Below are positions 51,812 through 64,000 of a stretch of 64,000 nt of DNA, in pieces. The stretch comes from Mobula hypostoma. Lineage: Eukaryota. Within the stretch, counting starts at the first letter, position 1. Each line of letters starts with the position of its first letter. Under the pieces are notes generated by a model that was given only the letters and a program-made list of their open reading frames with translations, did not search any database and was not told where the DNA came from. Made by a program: the position numbers and the translations under genes. The stretch spans positions 9,548,001 through 9,612,000 of the forward strand of contig NC_086108.1 of the NCBI RefSeq assembly GCF_963921235.1, in the 5' to 3' direction.

Positions 51812-54561
51812 ATCTAGTCTCAACTTTACAAGTGCCATGATTATGAATGTAGTGTAAAGGAGAGATGCGCTGTGGGCAATTCACAACTTTAAGCCCAAGT
51901 GCTTATTACACTCTCAAAAAGAAAAAGAATGTAGTATGCAGCATAGATTTGAATTTGCAAACTGCAGATTTAGAACAGGCATCGGGTATTTCTTTACACA
52001 GTAGGGTGACTAAACAACTCAAGGGAGTTCTGATCTTGACTCAAATTCTATAAAAGGATATGATACCAGGATGCCAAAAGCACGAGACCACACTAGATGA
52101 AGATAGCAGTCAAGTGATGCTCCTAACTGGAAAAGGCAGAGTTGTCTATTATCCCCAGTGTATCAACCAGCATATTTTGTGTTTGCAGGACTTTTCATCA
52201 TGACTGAAGTTGAACAAGCCACAATCAGATCAATACGAATACTGCTCTTCAGTCTGTTCTTCATGCCAAGGGTCAGGAGATAAAAAACTTTCCCGAGGAA
52301 GATTCCACCCCACTTTAGAGACTTAAATGCAGGCAACCCCTCCCCAACACAGAACCTACTACCCCTCTAATTCTTAACCGAAGTAATAATGTGTTGAGAC
52401 ATCTTTAGCTCAGTATAAATTTTAAACTAATGCTCTAACTAGTTAGTAGTTGTCATGGCATTATTTATAGAGAAATGGACCATTTAATACTTACTTAACT
52501 TAAATCAGCAAGATGCTTGATATCAAAGCAAGTGTGCGTGAACTAGCTACTACGTTACAACAGTGTCTTCACTTCAAACATTACCTGATGGAAAAATGGT
52601 TTTGGGACTTCAAGTTTTGTGATAAACTTGTTCATTTCAAATACAATTCCCATCAGCTCAAACAGCACTTTTCAACGCTATGCATGCTTCCATATGCACC
52701 TTGCAGCAATGGTCCGCAAGCAGATAATATTGGCACCGGAATGTGTGACGATATTTCTTATTTATTTGCTGAGATACGGTGCAGAACAGGCCCTTCAAGC
52801 CCCAATTTAACCCCAGCTTAATCACAGGACAATTTACAATGACCAATTAACCTACCAACTGGTGTGTCTTTAGACTGTGGGAGGACACCACAGAAAACCT
52901 CCTCGGTCACAGGCAGAATCTAAAAACTCCTTACAGGCAGCCCCCACCACATCTTGCATGTCAAAAACACTAGAAAGTATGCAGATGCTGGAAATCCAGA
53001 GCAACACATACAGAATGCCAGAGGAACTCTGCATGCCAGGCAGCAACTATGGAAAAGAGCAAACAATCGATGTTTCAGGCCAAGACCCTTCATCAGGACT
53101 GCATGCCTTGATGAAAGGTCTCTACCTGAGACATCTACATCTTGTGTATGCTCGTTGTAAATGCAATCACCACATTTCACTGTATATGCTAATGTGTTAA
53201 ATTAATCTGAATCTAAATGCTAGTTTGGATTCTAAATCTGAATCTTCCCTTCCCACAAGCAAACCTCACTGCAATACCACACTATGATCTTCAGGATGGG
53301 AAAATCTAATGAATGAGACAGAGCAGTACATTATGAATCACTGGTTCAAGTCATCAGCTCTCCTGCCAGCATTCCACTCACTCATCTCATTACTAATCTG
53401 TATCAATGATTCAATCTGCACTAACACCCACTGCAGATTAAAAGTTTTAATTTTTTAACTTTGCTGTGCTTCAATCTTAAAATATCACCCTTTGAATGCC
53501 TTTTAGTCCTTGTGTAACCCACCAAAAACAATAGCTTACCTAGAGTCATAAAGTCAGAGTCTAGTCCATGCCAAACCATTTAAACTGCCTACTCCCATCC
53601 AACCACACCAGCACTATAACCCTCCATACCTCAACCATCCATATACCTATCCAAACTTCTTTTACGCTGGCAGCTCATTCTATACTTTCACCTCTCTGAG
53701 TTCCCCCTCATGTTCCCCTTGAACATTTCACCTCTCACCCTTAACCCATGACCTCTGGTTGTAGTTTCACCCATTCTCAGTGGAAAATGCCTTCTTGCAT
53801 TTAACCTATCTAACATTTAACTCATAATATTGTATACCTCTACCAACTCTCCTCTCAATCTCCTACATTCCAAGAATGGAATCCTAACCTATTCAATCAT
53901 CCCTTATACCTCAGGTCTTCCAGACCCAGCAACATCCTTGTAAATTTTCTCTGTACTCTTTCAGCCTTATTTACATCTTTCCTGTAGGTAGGTGACCAAA
54001 ACTGAAACAATACTCCAAAATAGGCCTCACCAACATGAACATGACATCCCATCTCCTGTACTCAATACTTTGATTTATGAAGGCCGAAGTGCCAAAAGTA
54101 TTCTTTATGACTGTATCCACCTGTGATGCCATATTCAATTAATTATGGACATATTACAACATTAACCTGTTATGGAACTGAGCTATAAATGGTTTGTTTG
54201 ATTTTAGTATTAATAGATCTCAACAAGTTGACAAAAATGCTGCAACGTGTTTTGATTCAGGAAGAAGGAACAGGAGCCTCAGGACTTGCATCATCAGGTT
54301 CAGGAACAGTTCTACCCCTCACCTATCAGGATCTTGAACCAAAGGGGATAGCTTCACTTGCCCCATCATTGAAATATGCCCACAACCTGTGGACTCACTT
54401 CCAAGAACTCTTTATCAATATTTATTGATTATTTATTTATTATTTCTTCTTTTTGTATTTGTAGTTTGTTGTCTTATGCACCCTGGTTGAATGCTCTAGT
54501 TGAGTGGCCTTTCATTGATTCTGTTATGGTTATTATTCTATGGATTTGAGTATGGTCTATA

Positions 54562-56198
54562 CAGGTTCCCCCGCCATCCGAAGGTAGAGCGTTCCTAGGA
54601 AATGGTTCATAAGCCGGAATGTCGTAAAGCGAAGAAGCAATTACCATTTATTTATATGAAAAATTTGTGAGCGTTCGCAGACCCAAAAATAACCTACCAA
54701 ATCATGCCAAATAATAGATAAAACCTAAAATAACAGTAACATATAGTAAAAGCAGGAATGATATGATAAATACACAGCCTATATAAGGTAGAAATACTTC
54801 TCTACAAACATTGCCTGCACTGCTCTCTGTACCAAAAATCTCACGCAAGCGCTCTTAGCAAAAACACGGTGCAAGCGCTCTAAAAAACACTCTCTCCAGT
54901 AACCTTTAAGCTATGAAGCTGCCAAATCATACCAAATAACACATAAAAATACACAGCCTATATAAAGTAGAAATAATGTATGTACAGTGTGGTATCACTT
55001 ACCGGAATCGAGAAGTCAGCGCTCAACACACTGTTGATGGTGTAGGCTGAGTCGTTGGAGGTTGGGGTGGTGCAGTGGTCCCCACCCTCCAGGCCGCCGA
55101 TACCGATCCGCGAAGAATGCAGGGGTACAGCGATGGCCGGAACGCACCTAGCACATCTTTAAGAAAAAAGCTGAAATAAACAAGCTAATTAATTAGGTGC
55201 CGTCCAGCATGTAAATGTCAGCCCAGATCAGAGGCAACGCAATCGGCAATCGCCTCTGATCTGGGCCAACATTTACGTGCCGGGCGGCACCTAATTAATT
55301 AGCTTGTTTATTTCAGCTTTTTTCTTAAAGAAGTGCTGGGTGCGCCCCGGCCACCGCTGCATTCTCCACAAATAGGTATCTGTCCGTGGCCCGGGGGTTG
55401 GGGTGGTGGGACACTGCGGTGTCGTCTGTTTCCATCAGGGCAGGCAGGTCATCTTCTTCTATGTCTGCCTGCCTCGATGTCGAAGGTTGAGGTTCATTGT
55501 CTGCTGTGGCTGATGTGGAAGGCTTGAAAAACGACAGTATATTGACTGCTAGCCTTGCACATTTTTCTATCATACAGTTCTTCGCATGCACTCAGACCAT
55601 CCTGCAAATATGCCCTAAACCGATGTACCCTTTCAAAATTAAAGTCATACTTTATCATTGCAGCGAAAATCTCACGCAGTTGCTTCACGTTCAGTTCCTG
55701 GACGACTTCTCCTCGGTCCGTTAGCTACTGCATTTGGTTCAATTGTTATCCTTTCCTCTTCCAATTGCATCAGCTCTTCATCTATCAGTTCTTGGTCATG
55801 GGATGCCAAAACCTCTTCAACATCATCTTCGTCAACTTCCATAAGCCAAACTCACTTTGTCCTTACTTCTTTCACCAAGATTGAAACGCTTAATTACAGT
55901 ATGTCTAGTTTTACGCTAAGCGTAACACCCTTATGAGCTCTTTTAGGCTTTTCCGATATCTTAGAACCCATCTTGCAAACGGCTGCTCACAGGCACGTGT
56001 TTAAGCAATGCCGGCGAGAATGCCGTTCCGAATCCGGGGGAGGAGCGACTGCTCAGGGCGCGCGCTGCTTTTTTTTGTGCGTTGCCTTTTCTCGTAACAG
56101 TGAAAACACCTTCTGTTAGCGAAAACAGGGAACTAATGTAGGTCTTTCATAGCAGTGAGGTTTCGTAAAGCGAACGTTCGAAAAGCGGGGAACACCTG
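54562..56198 (-). mobile_element. Tigger/pogo-like DNA transposon, internally deleted
   Basis: TA|CAGGTTCCCCCGC ... GCGGGGAACACCTG|TA. Transposase C-terminal-like remnants at 55325-55870. Confidence 0.8.
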
Positions 56199-59100
56199 TA
56201 TATATTTTTGGAATCACTCAAAATTATTAATTTCACAACTCGTATCCCACACTGCATGTAAGGATTTTGGATGTTCTCCCAGTAACCACTCGAGTTTCCT
56301 CCGGATGCGCCACCACCCGCCCCCCCCCCCACAGTCTAAATACATATCGGTTGGTAGGATAATTGGTCATTGCAAATTGTCCCGTGATTAAGCCAAGGTT
56401 AAATCGGGGACTGCAGGGTGGTGTGGCTCGAAGGGCCAGAAGGACCAATTTTGCCTATATCTCAATAAAGAAACACATCCCTCCCTCCAGTTTGGGACAT
56501 TACTAATAGATAATTTGGTGGCCTTGTTTAGGCCAAAGTAAAAACAAAGCTATATACCCTATCCTAATCATGACAATTCAGTGATGTACCAGCAAAAAAA
56601 ATAAGTTCTCAGGCATAACAAACACACTAGGTTAATGAACCTTAATCCTCTCCTACTATTAAATAATGTTTCCTTTTGCAAACTCCAACTGAAACTTCCT
56701 TCTCTGCCAGAACTCCACCTCAAACTCAAGTTCAAGACAGTTACAGACAATTCTTGGGATCAAAGAATTCACAGCTCACACCAATCAAGTTTGACTGTCA
56801 TAGAACAGCTGACAAGAGAAACAGAAACGGACACGCAGCTTCTGAGATTTGACATGCACTGTTTAGGCAATACGAAGGAAGACTTACAACGAACTGCCTG
56901 CCATTGATGTGCAATTGTCAAAATGGGAAGGCATGATGGTCACCCAGCAGCATCCCTGGTGTGGACCCAACATTAATTTGAAGTCACTAAATACTCCTGA
57001 AAAATTATGACGGCACGAAGTATTTCCTGCAACACACACAAATACTGAACACAAACAGCGCACAGAACTTCTCAGATTGTTCAAATAGGTAAAGGTGGGA
57101 AAAAGGCAAGAGGTAATTCAGCAGATTCAGTCAAAATTAAAGTATCCATAAATGTTATTTAAGATATTTCCAACACTTACGTTTTCCGGTATGAGTTGAA
57201 ACATAAAAGCAGTCACTTACAACACCAGTATTTATTTATTGAGATAGAACATAGACCAGTACAGCACAGGAACAGGCCCTTCTGCCCACAATGTTGTTCC
57301 AAACCAACTAAAACGCAAATCAGAAACACCCAAACACTAATCCCTCCTATCTACACAGATGTCCACATCCTTCTATCTTCCTTACATCCACCTGCCTATC
57401 CAAATGTCTCTTAAAAGTCTCCAATATATTGGCCTCTACCACCGTACAATGCTGTGCCTTCCAGGCACACACCACTCTGAGTTAAAAAAAACTTACTCCT
57501 CACATCCCCTTTGAACTTTCCCCCTCTCATCTTCAATGCATGGTATTAGACATTTCAACCCTGGGAAACAGATAAACCCTGTCTATGTCTCTCATAATCT
57601 TATAAACCTCTGCTCCGACACTCCAGAGAAAACAACCCAAGTTTATCCAGCCTCTCATGATAGCACAAGCCCTCTAAACCAGGCAGCATCCCGGTAAACC
57701 TCTTCTGCACCCTCTCCAAAGCCTCAACATCCTTCCTACGGTGGGTCGACCAGAACAGTTACTCCAGATGTGGCCTAACCAGAGTTTTATAAAATTGCAA
57801 CATAACCTCTTGACTTTTGAACTCAATGCCTTGATTAATAAAAGCAAGCATTCCATAAGCCTTCTTAGCCACCCTATCGACCTGCGTAGCCATTTTCAAG
57901 GAGCTATGAATCTGGATCCTAAGATCTTTCTGCTCAGCAACACTGTTAAGTGTCTTTCTCTACTAAGGTGCAATACCTCACATTCAACTGTGTTAAAACT
58001 CAGTGGGAATCAGCCTTTCTGAGCCATACTGCCCTGCAATCCCCTGATTAACCAAAGCCTAATCACAGGACAATTTACAATGACCAATTGATCTGCCAAC
58101 CAGTATGTCTTTGGACTGAGAGGGGAAGCCCACACTGTCACGGGGAGAATGTACAAACTCCTCTGGGCAGCAGCAGGAGTTGAATCTAGGTTGTCGGTAT
58201 AGTAAAGCATTACGCTAACCACTAAGCTGCTGTGCTGGCTGCCCCTAGTTAACACCCCTTAGCAGAGGATTTTAATCGAAGGTCTAGTTTTTAGGATTCC
58301 ATCTCACAGATTAGCATAGTGGCTAGCACAGTAGTGTAGTGGTTAGCAGAATGCTCTACCCAGTACAGGAGAGAGTTATATCTGCTGGTTGAGTGATGTT
58401 GCAGTAACAACCTTGCACTGATCATCAGTAAGACCAAACAACCGATTGTGGACTTCAGAAAGGGTAAGACGAGTGAACATACACCAGTCCTCAGAGTGGG
58501 ATCAGACGTGGAAAGTGTAAGTAATTTCTCGTTCCTGGGTGTCAATATCTCTGAGAATCTATCCTGGGTCCAATATCCTGGTGCAGCTCCAAAGGAGGTA
58601 CAATAGCAGCTATGTTTCATTAGGAGTTTGAAAAGATTTGGTATATCACCAAAAACACTTGCAAATGTCTACAGAAGAGCATTATAACTGTCTGGTATGT
58701 GGGGAGGGGGGCTACAGCATAGGATCAAAGCGGGCTGCAGAAAATTGTAAACGTAAGTCAGCCCCATCACGGGCACTACCCTCCATAGTATCCAGGACAT
58801 CTTCAAAGAGTGACGCTTCAAAAAGGGGAATCCATTATTAAGGACCCCCATCACTCAGAAAATGCCTATTCTCATTGCTGCCATCAGGAAGGAGGTACAG
58901 GAGCCTGAAAGCACATACTCAGTGATTCAGGAATAGCTTCTGATCCTCTGCCATCTGATTTCTGAATGGACATTGAACCAATGAACATGAATATATATTT
59001 AACAGTGTTTTGTCATGCATTGCATTGTACTGCTCCTGCAAAGACAACAAATTTCACAACATATACCATTGATATTCCACCTAATTTTGATTCTGGTGAA

Positions 59101-60131
59101 TGTGAAATTTGTTGCCACAGCTGGCTGTGGAGGCCAAGTCATTGGGTATATTTAAGGCAGAGGTTAATAGTCAGAGAAAGGAGATTGGGGCCGAGGGGAA
59201 GGGATCAGCCTCAATGAAATGACAGAATAAACCTGATGAACTGAATGGCTTAACTCTGCTCTGATAGTTAATGGTTTCATTTGATATCAGAGAATGTATG
59301 CAATATACAACCTGAAATTCTTATTCTTCACAGACATCCATGAAACAGAAGAAAACCCAGAGAATGAATAACCAATGTTAGAATCCCAAAGCTTTTCCTC
59401 CCCCCTACAAGCAGCACAAAACATCAACCCTGCTCCACTCCCCAACAGTATAATGGACATAAATACAGAAAAGATAAAGATTTGACAGAAAGCATTCTCA
59501 AAAAGCCCGGCTTACTCACTAAATGTCTACAGGAGTCTATTCCACCAATGAGTCATGCCCGTAACAGGTTGTCACATACAGAAATAATAACTCCACTCCA
59601 TTAGGTCAAAAATAAAGATGAGAAACAACTGCAATCTTATTTTTTGGGCTGTGCGAAGGGACAGAAGACAGAATAAGTGCAGGGAGGGAGAGGGTGAGAC
59701 AGACAGAAAAGAGATACTGGTAGCCGAGCTGACAAGATTCAGGGGGCTGGGATAAGAATAAGGGAAAGGGACCAGCAGGATCCCCCTCTGAGGGAGGATT
59801 TTTTAAACCTTAAACCCCCTCCCTCACCTCGCCCTTCCACCCAAATGGCGGGCTGCCTCCTCCCACCCTCCCTCAGTCCACAGGACCACCCTGACCCACC
59901 CGGGACACAACCGCCAGCCCCTCAGTACCAATTCCAGGTGATGCCCGAGGCCTACCTCCCCTCCTCCTCCTCCTCCTCCTCCTCAGGCAAATCCCTCAGG
60001 GATAACAAACGTCAGCCAATCGGCCCGGCTCCGGTCCCACTCGACAACCCGCTCCCTGAACATCCAGTCACAAAACCACCCCGGCCCACGCCCGCCAGCC
60101 GTCGAATCTTCTCGATCGCCCCGGCTCTCAC

Positions 60132-60240
60132 CTGGGGGGAGGGGGGGCCTTCCCCGATTCCAGAAAGGCCCGGGCGACAGCGGCAGAGAGAGAAAAAAAT
60201 CCGCCGAGGGAAAACTCCGGCCCCACTAACTTGAACGGCC
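60132..60240 (-). other. SAMD4B: Probable non-coding first exon of SAMD4B (5' end approximate)
   Basis: Consensus donor CCCAG|GTGAGA (GT at 60131-60130) inside the only CpG-rich non-repeat region, just downstream of CCAAT boxes. No transcript evidence. Confidence 0.55.
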
Positions 60241-60420
60241 GCCGCTCATCGGCCCTCATTGGTCGCCTCATGTCACCTCCCCCTCCTGTCCTCCTGTTCG
60301 ATTGGGTCATCCATCTGTCAATGAAAGGCGCACGTCAAACACGTTCGGTTGCAGTTGCACTGGAATGGGAGAGACGGGACATGACGTACATGTGCACCGG
60401 ATGTACGTTTGTGTTGCTTT

Positions 60421-60445
60421 CGCAGTGCAAGCTGGGTATTGTAGT
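60421..60445 (-). promoter_or_regulatory. ZNF143/Staf binding site with ACTACA extension
   Basis: Minus strand reads ACTACAATACCCAGCTTGCACTGCG, matching the known ACTACAnn(T/A)CCCA...TGCAnYGCG promoter motif. Confidence 0.75.
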
Positions 60446-60744
60446 TCTAAATCCTGACAACGTGTATTTAACTAGCAACCCAAGGTAATTGCACACTCTC
60501 AGGGCCATCACCGAAATATTATAATTTAGAGAAATAATTGGTCAGGTGATAAGAAGTTTGATAAGACAGACAGGAATTAAAGGAACAAGGTCACAGGGGG
60601 TAGTGGCAAGAATAGGCTATTTGGCCCCTCTGTCAATTATTCAGATCGTGTCCTGGGGTCCTCTTTCTAAGCAAACCCATATAACCTATGCCTGTCTTTT
60701 CATGTTCCAAGCCCTCCTCAATAATACTCCCCTACTCTTTCTGC

Positions 60745-62550
60745 TGTAGGTAACATAATTGGGAGAACTATATGTAATTAACAACCACCAACATTTAGTT
60801 GGGGTTTCACTTTGAGAGCCTGGTCCGACGTGATGACGTTATTAGTTTTAGTGTATTTTTGTGTGTAGGGTTTGGATTCAATAAAATGTGTTACAGGTTT
60901 CATTAAACATAAAACGCCACACTTCCACTTTGTTTTATTTGGTGACTCTGATACTCTAGGATGATTCCAGAGTTATTGAACATGATGGTCAACGCAGTTA
61001 CTTTGAAACTGACAGAGTTTTGGGAGCAAAATGCTGTTGCTGGTTTATACAAGCTAAGGCCCAGTTCACTCTGCAAGAAATCACTGCAGACCCCACCAAA
61101 TTCTTCTATGTGGAGGCGCCCTTCAGCAAACCCACTGCTGCGAGAGTGGTGAGTCTCGCCTGAACACGATAAATACTGATCACTGAAAACTCACCTTTTA
61201 CAGACTTTTGGACTATCGGAGCCTGAGCGCGCTAAACAGTTGCTCTCCTTGCCCAGCCTTGGCGATGGTAAACCATCGGAGCTGATGGACCACATGCTGT
61301 CTCTCCTGGGAAATCACCACCTTGGTTTTATTTTTAAAATGCTGCCGCAAATGCCTAACCAAGTTTGCATAGCCCTCTCTAATGCACCCGTGGAGCTTGC
61401 TAAAATGGTTGACAGTTTACACTCAGCCAGGCAACAGTGCATCATTCCTCCTCCTTTCTCTCCCTCAATAAGCCCAGTCAGCAAGGCCCCCAGCATAAGG
61501 ATGCCCACAGCTGCGAAACAGAGAATGCCAGGTCTAGGAAGTGCCAACCACCTTGCATCTTCGACAGTGCCAGCGCATGGGGTCATCAGAGCTCTGTGAA
61601 CACCGCGGGTTCCAACTACGAGGGTCGTCTATTGTTCATTACGGACACTCTTTCAGGGTGAAGCTTCCTGTGTGACACGGGTGCCCTAGTGAGTGTGCTG
61701 CCCGCATCACCTATTGATGAGGAGGGAAAGAGTGACGAAACCTCGCTGGAGGCCACCAGCTGCAGCAGGCTGCAGACTTACGGGACATGACATGTTACAC
61801 TCTGCTTCAGTGGGCGATGTTACACATGGGAACTTGTCCTGACTAAAGAGGCTAGACTTCTGCTGGGTGCAGATTTCCTGTGTGCCCTAGGACTGTTAGT
61901 CGATCTTAACAACTGCAGCTTGTGGACGTCAGGGCATTACCCTGATCCCAGTAAGTTCCCCGCAAAGACTCTGCCAAGCACGTACACCACTGCATGTGAA
62001 TTTACTCGACTGCTGGGTGAATTCCCAAACCTCACCAAGCCCACATTCTCCACTGCAGTCGCAAAACATAGAGGTGAGCACCACATTCCCACAACTGGCC
62101 CGTCAGTCCAGGCCCACGCGCGTAGACTGGGCCCAGAAAAGCTGGCAACTGTGAGGGCTGAGTTTGCCAACATGGAAAGAGTTATTGAGGTCTGCACCCC
62201 CGATTGTTAACTGGTCCCACACATCCAAGACTTTTTGGCACCCATGGATCGTAGGACCCAAGGCAGGTGGCTCGTCTGAGCTCCAGACAGGCTCACAATC
62301 CTGGTTTTAGTGAATTCTGGGGGGCGGGGGAGCTGTGTTGGGTAACGTAATTGGGAGAAATCTCCATAAATCATAACCACCGACATCGAGTTGGGTTTCA
62401 CTTTAAGAGGCTGGTCTGATGTGATGTTATTACGTAAGACGTTTTAGTGCATCTTTGTGTGTAGGTTTTGAAGTTCAGTAAAATGAGTTACAAGTTTCAG
62501 TGAATATAAGACACCTCACTTTGCTTTATTTTTGCGAAAACCTGCGTTGC
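60745..62550 (+). mobile_element. Gypsy/Ty3 LTR retrotransposon, internally deleted and decayed
   Basis: Diverged LTRs at ~60745-60939 and ~62334-62550. PBS-like TGGTGACTCTGA at 60940 (tRNA-Trp-like). Gag remnants NAVTLKLTEFW and LGDGKPSELMDHML. Protease FLCDTGA (DTGA at 61674-61685). Pre-RT ARRLGPEKL. PPT GGGGGGCGGGGGAG at 62319-62332. Confidence 0.85.
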
Positions 62551-62920
62551 GCTAATTGACGCCTGCATTGGTGCTGCTTCGTGCACCCATGCTGAACTTG
62601 ACAATTTCATCAGCTTTGCCTCCAACCTCCACTCTGCCCTTAAACTCAGTTAGTCCATTCCTGGACACTTCTCTCCCCTTTCTCGATTTCTCTGTCTCCA
62701 CCTCTGGAGGCAAACTGTCTGCCGCAGGGGATCCCAACTGATTTTATGCCACGGACTTACACCATTAAACAGGGGGTCCGTGGACTCCTGGTCTACTAAT
62801 ATCTTTTATAAAACTATGGCTATCGTGACCATACCTCTTCCCACCCTGTCTCCTGTAACAATGCTATTTCCTTCTCTCAGTTCTTCCGACTCTGCCGTAT
62901 TTGTTCCCAGGATGAGGCTT

Positions 62921-63250
62921 TTCCAAGGTTACACATTGTATCGGAGGGATAGGAAGGTAGGCAGGGGGGGCGACGTAGCTCTCCTGGTAAAGAATGGCAT
63001 CAAATCAGTCGAAAGATGTGATATAGGATCGGAAGATGCTGAATCCTTGTGGGCTGAGTTAAGAAACAGCAAGGGTAAAAGGACCCTGATGGCAGTTATA
63101 CACAGGCCTTCAAACAGTAGCTGGGAGGTAGACCACAGATTACAACAGGAAATAGAAAAGGCAGGTCAAAAGGGCAATGTTATGATAGTCATGGGAGAGT
63201 TCAACATACAAATCGATTGGGAAAATCAGGTTGGAAATGGATCTCAAGAT
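62921..63250 (+). mobile_element. CR1 ORF2 AP-endonuclease fragment
   Basis: QGYTLYRRDR..GRGGDVALLVK...ESLWAELRN.KG...IHRP...VMGEFN..IDW. Confidence 0.8.
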
Positions 63251-64000
63251 TCTGGTTCAGAATCAGAATCAGGTTTATTATCACCGGCATGTGACGTGAA
63301 ATTTGTTAACTTAGCAGTAGCAGCAGCAGTTCAATGCAGTACATAATCTAGCAGAGAAAAAATAATAAATAAAATAATAATAACAATAAATAAACAAATA
63401 AATCAATTACGTATATTGAATAGATTAAAAGAAAAAACGTGCAAAAACAGAAATACTGTGTATTTAAAAGAAGTGAGGTAGTGTCCATTTGGGAATGGGA
63501 TGGCAGAGGGGAACAGGCTGCCCCTGAATCACTGAGTGTGTGCCTTCAGGCTCCTGTATCTCCTCCCTTCTGATCCTCCCCAAAATAAAATAACTGATGT
63601 TAGATTTTATTCTTGAGCTGTGGCCCAACCAGAGTTTTATGGTTCACTACTATTTCCCTAAAATGTACCCAGCCCTATTTAGGGTCATAGCATCATGGAG
63701 TCTAGAACGGAAACAGGCCATTTGGCCCATCTGGTCCAAACCAGAGTACTTAAACTGCACCTGGACCATAACCCTCCATACCCCTACCATCCATGTACCT
63801 ATCCAAACTTCTCTTAAATATTGAAATCGAGTTCACACGCACCACTTACACTGGCAGCTTGTTCCACACTCTCACCACCCACAGAGTGAAGAAGTTTCCC
63901 CTCATGATCTCCTTAAACTTTTTACCTTTCACCCTTAACCCATGACTTTCCTCCATCTTCTATATTCCAAGGAATAAAATCCTAACCTATTCAATCTTTC

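Larger units (their letters stand above)
59820..60450 (-). promoter_or_regulatory. CpG-island-like TATA-less promoter
   Basis: High GC/CpG. CCAAT boxes on the minus strand (ATTGG at 60258-60262 and 60301-60305). GC-box-like GGGGCCGG near 60220. CRE half-sites TGACGT near 60333 and 60382. (TCC)n tract near 59960-59985. Confidence 0.75.

Noticed and set aside
56770..56830. Minus-strand acceptor-like TTTCTGTTTCTCTTGTCAG near 56805
   Set aside because: No convincing partner donor, so an exon cannot be supported.
59845..60234. 129-aa proline-rich ORF
   Set aside because: Low-complexity translation of the CpG island with no recognisable homology.
62780..63346. 188-aa ORF
   Set aside because: Chance fusion of Penelope, CR1 endonuclease and antisense Rex1-like fragments.
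1..64000. CRISPR arrays, rRNA or operon-like systems
   Set aside because: Eukaryotic intron-rich DNA; no repeat-spacer array or rRNA similarity seen.

Overview
Repeat-rich vertebrate DNA. The repeat families (V-type tRNA SINEs, CR1, Rex1/Babar-like LINEs, Penelope-like elements) suggest a cartilaginous fish, probably a ray; this is inference. The window holds the 5' part of one minus-strand gene, a Smaug homologue best matching SAMD4B. Its parts are a CpG-rich promoter and probable non-coding first exon (~59.8-60.45 kb), the first coding exon (CDS 42697-42502), a 41.1-kb intron and a second coding exon (1381-866); the gene continues off the left edge. Almost all other ORFs in the track are transposon fragments or noise. 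Most notable: (1) minimal, dimer-type hammerhead ribozyme motifs in Penelope-like termini, two with intact cores in the sense strand of the same SAMD4B intron; (2) a young Penelope insertion with a 16-bp TSD and inverted/duplicated 5' part; (3) a uORF cluster, one overlapping the start codon, and a Smaug-recognition-element-like hairpin in SAMD4B's own mRNA; (4) a stop-free 516-nt phase-1/1 exon that is a circRNA candidate; (5) Chapaev3-like transposons, one carrying a 1.7-kb purine-only satellite; (6) a 124-bp direct repeat around a CR1; (7) an internally deleted Gypsy element beside the promoter. No searches were run; family names come from recognised motifs and repeat boundaries are approximate unless TSD/TIR are given.
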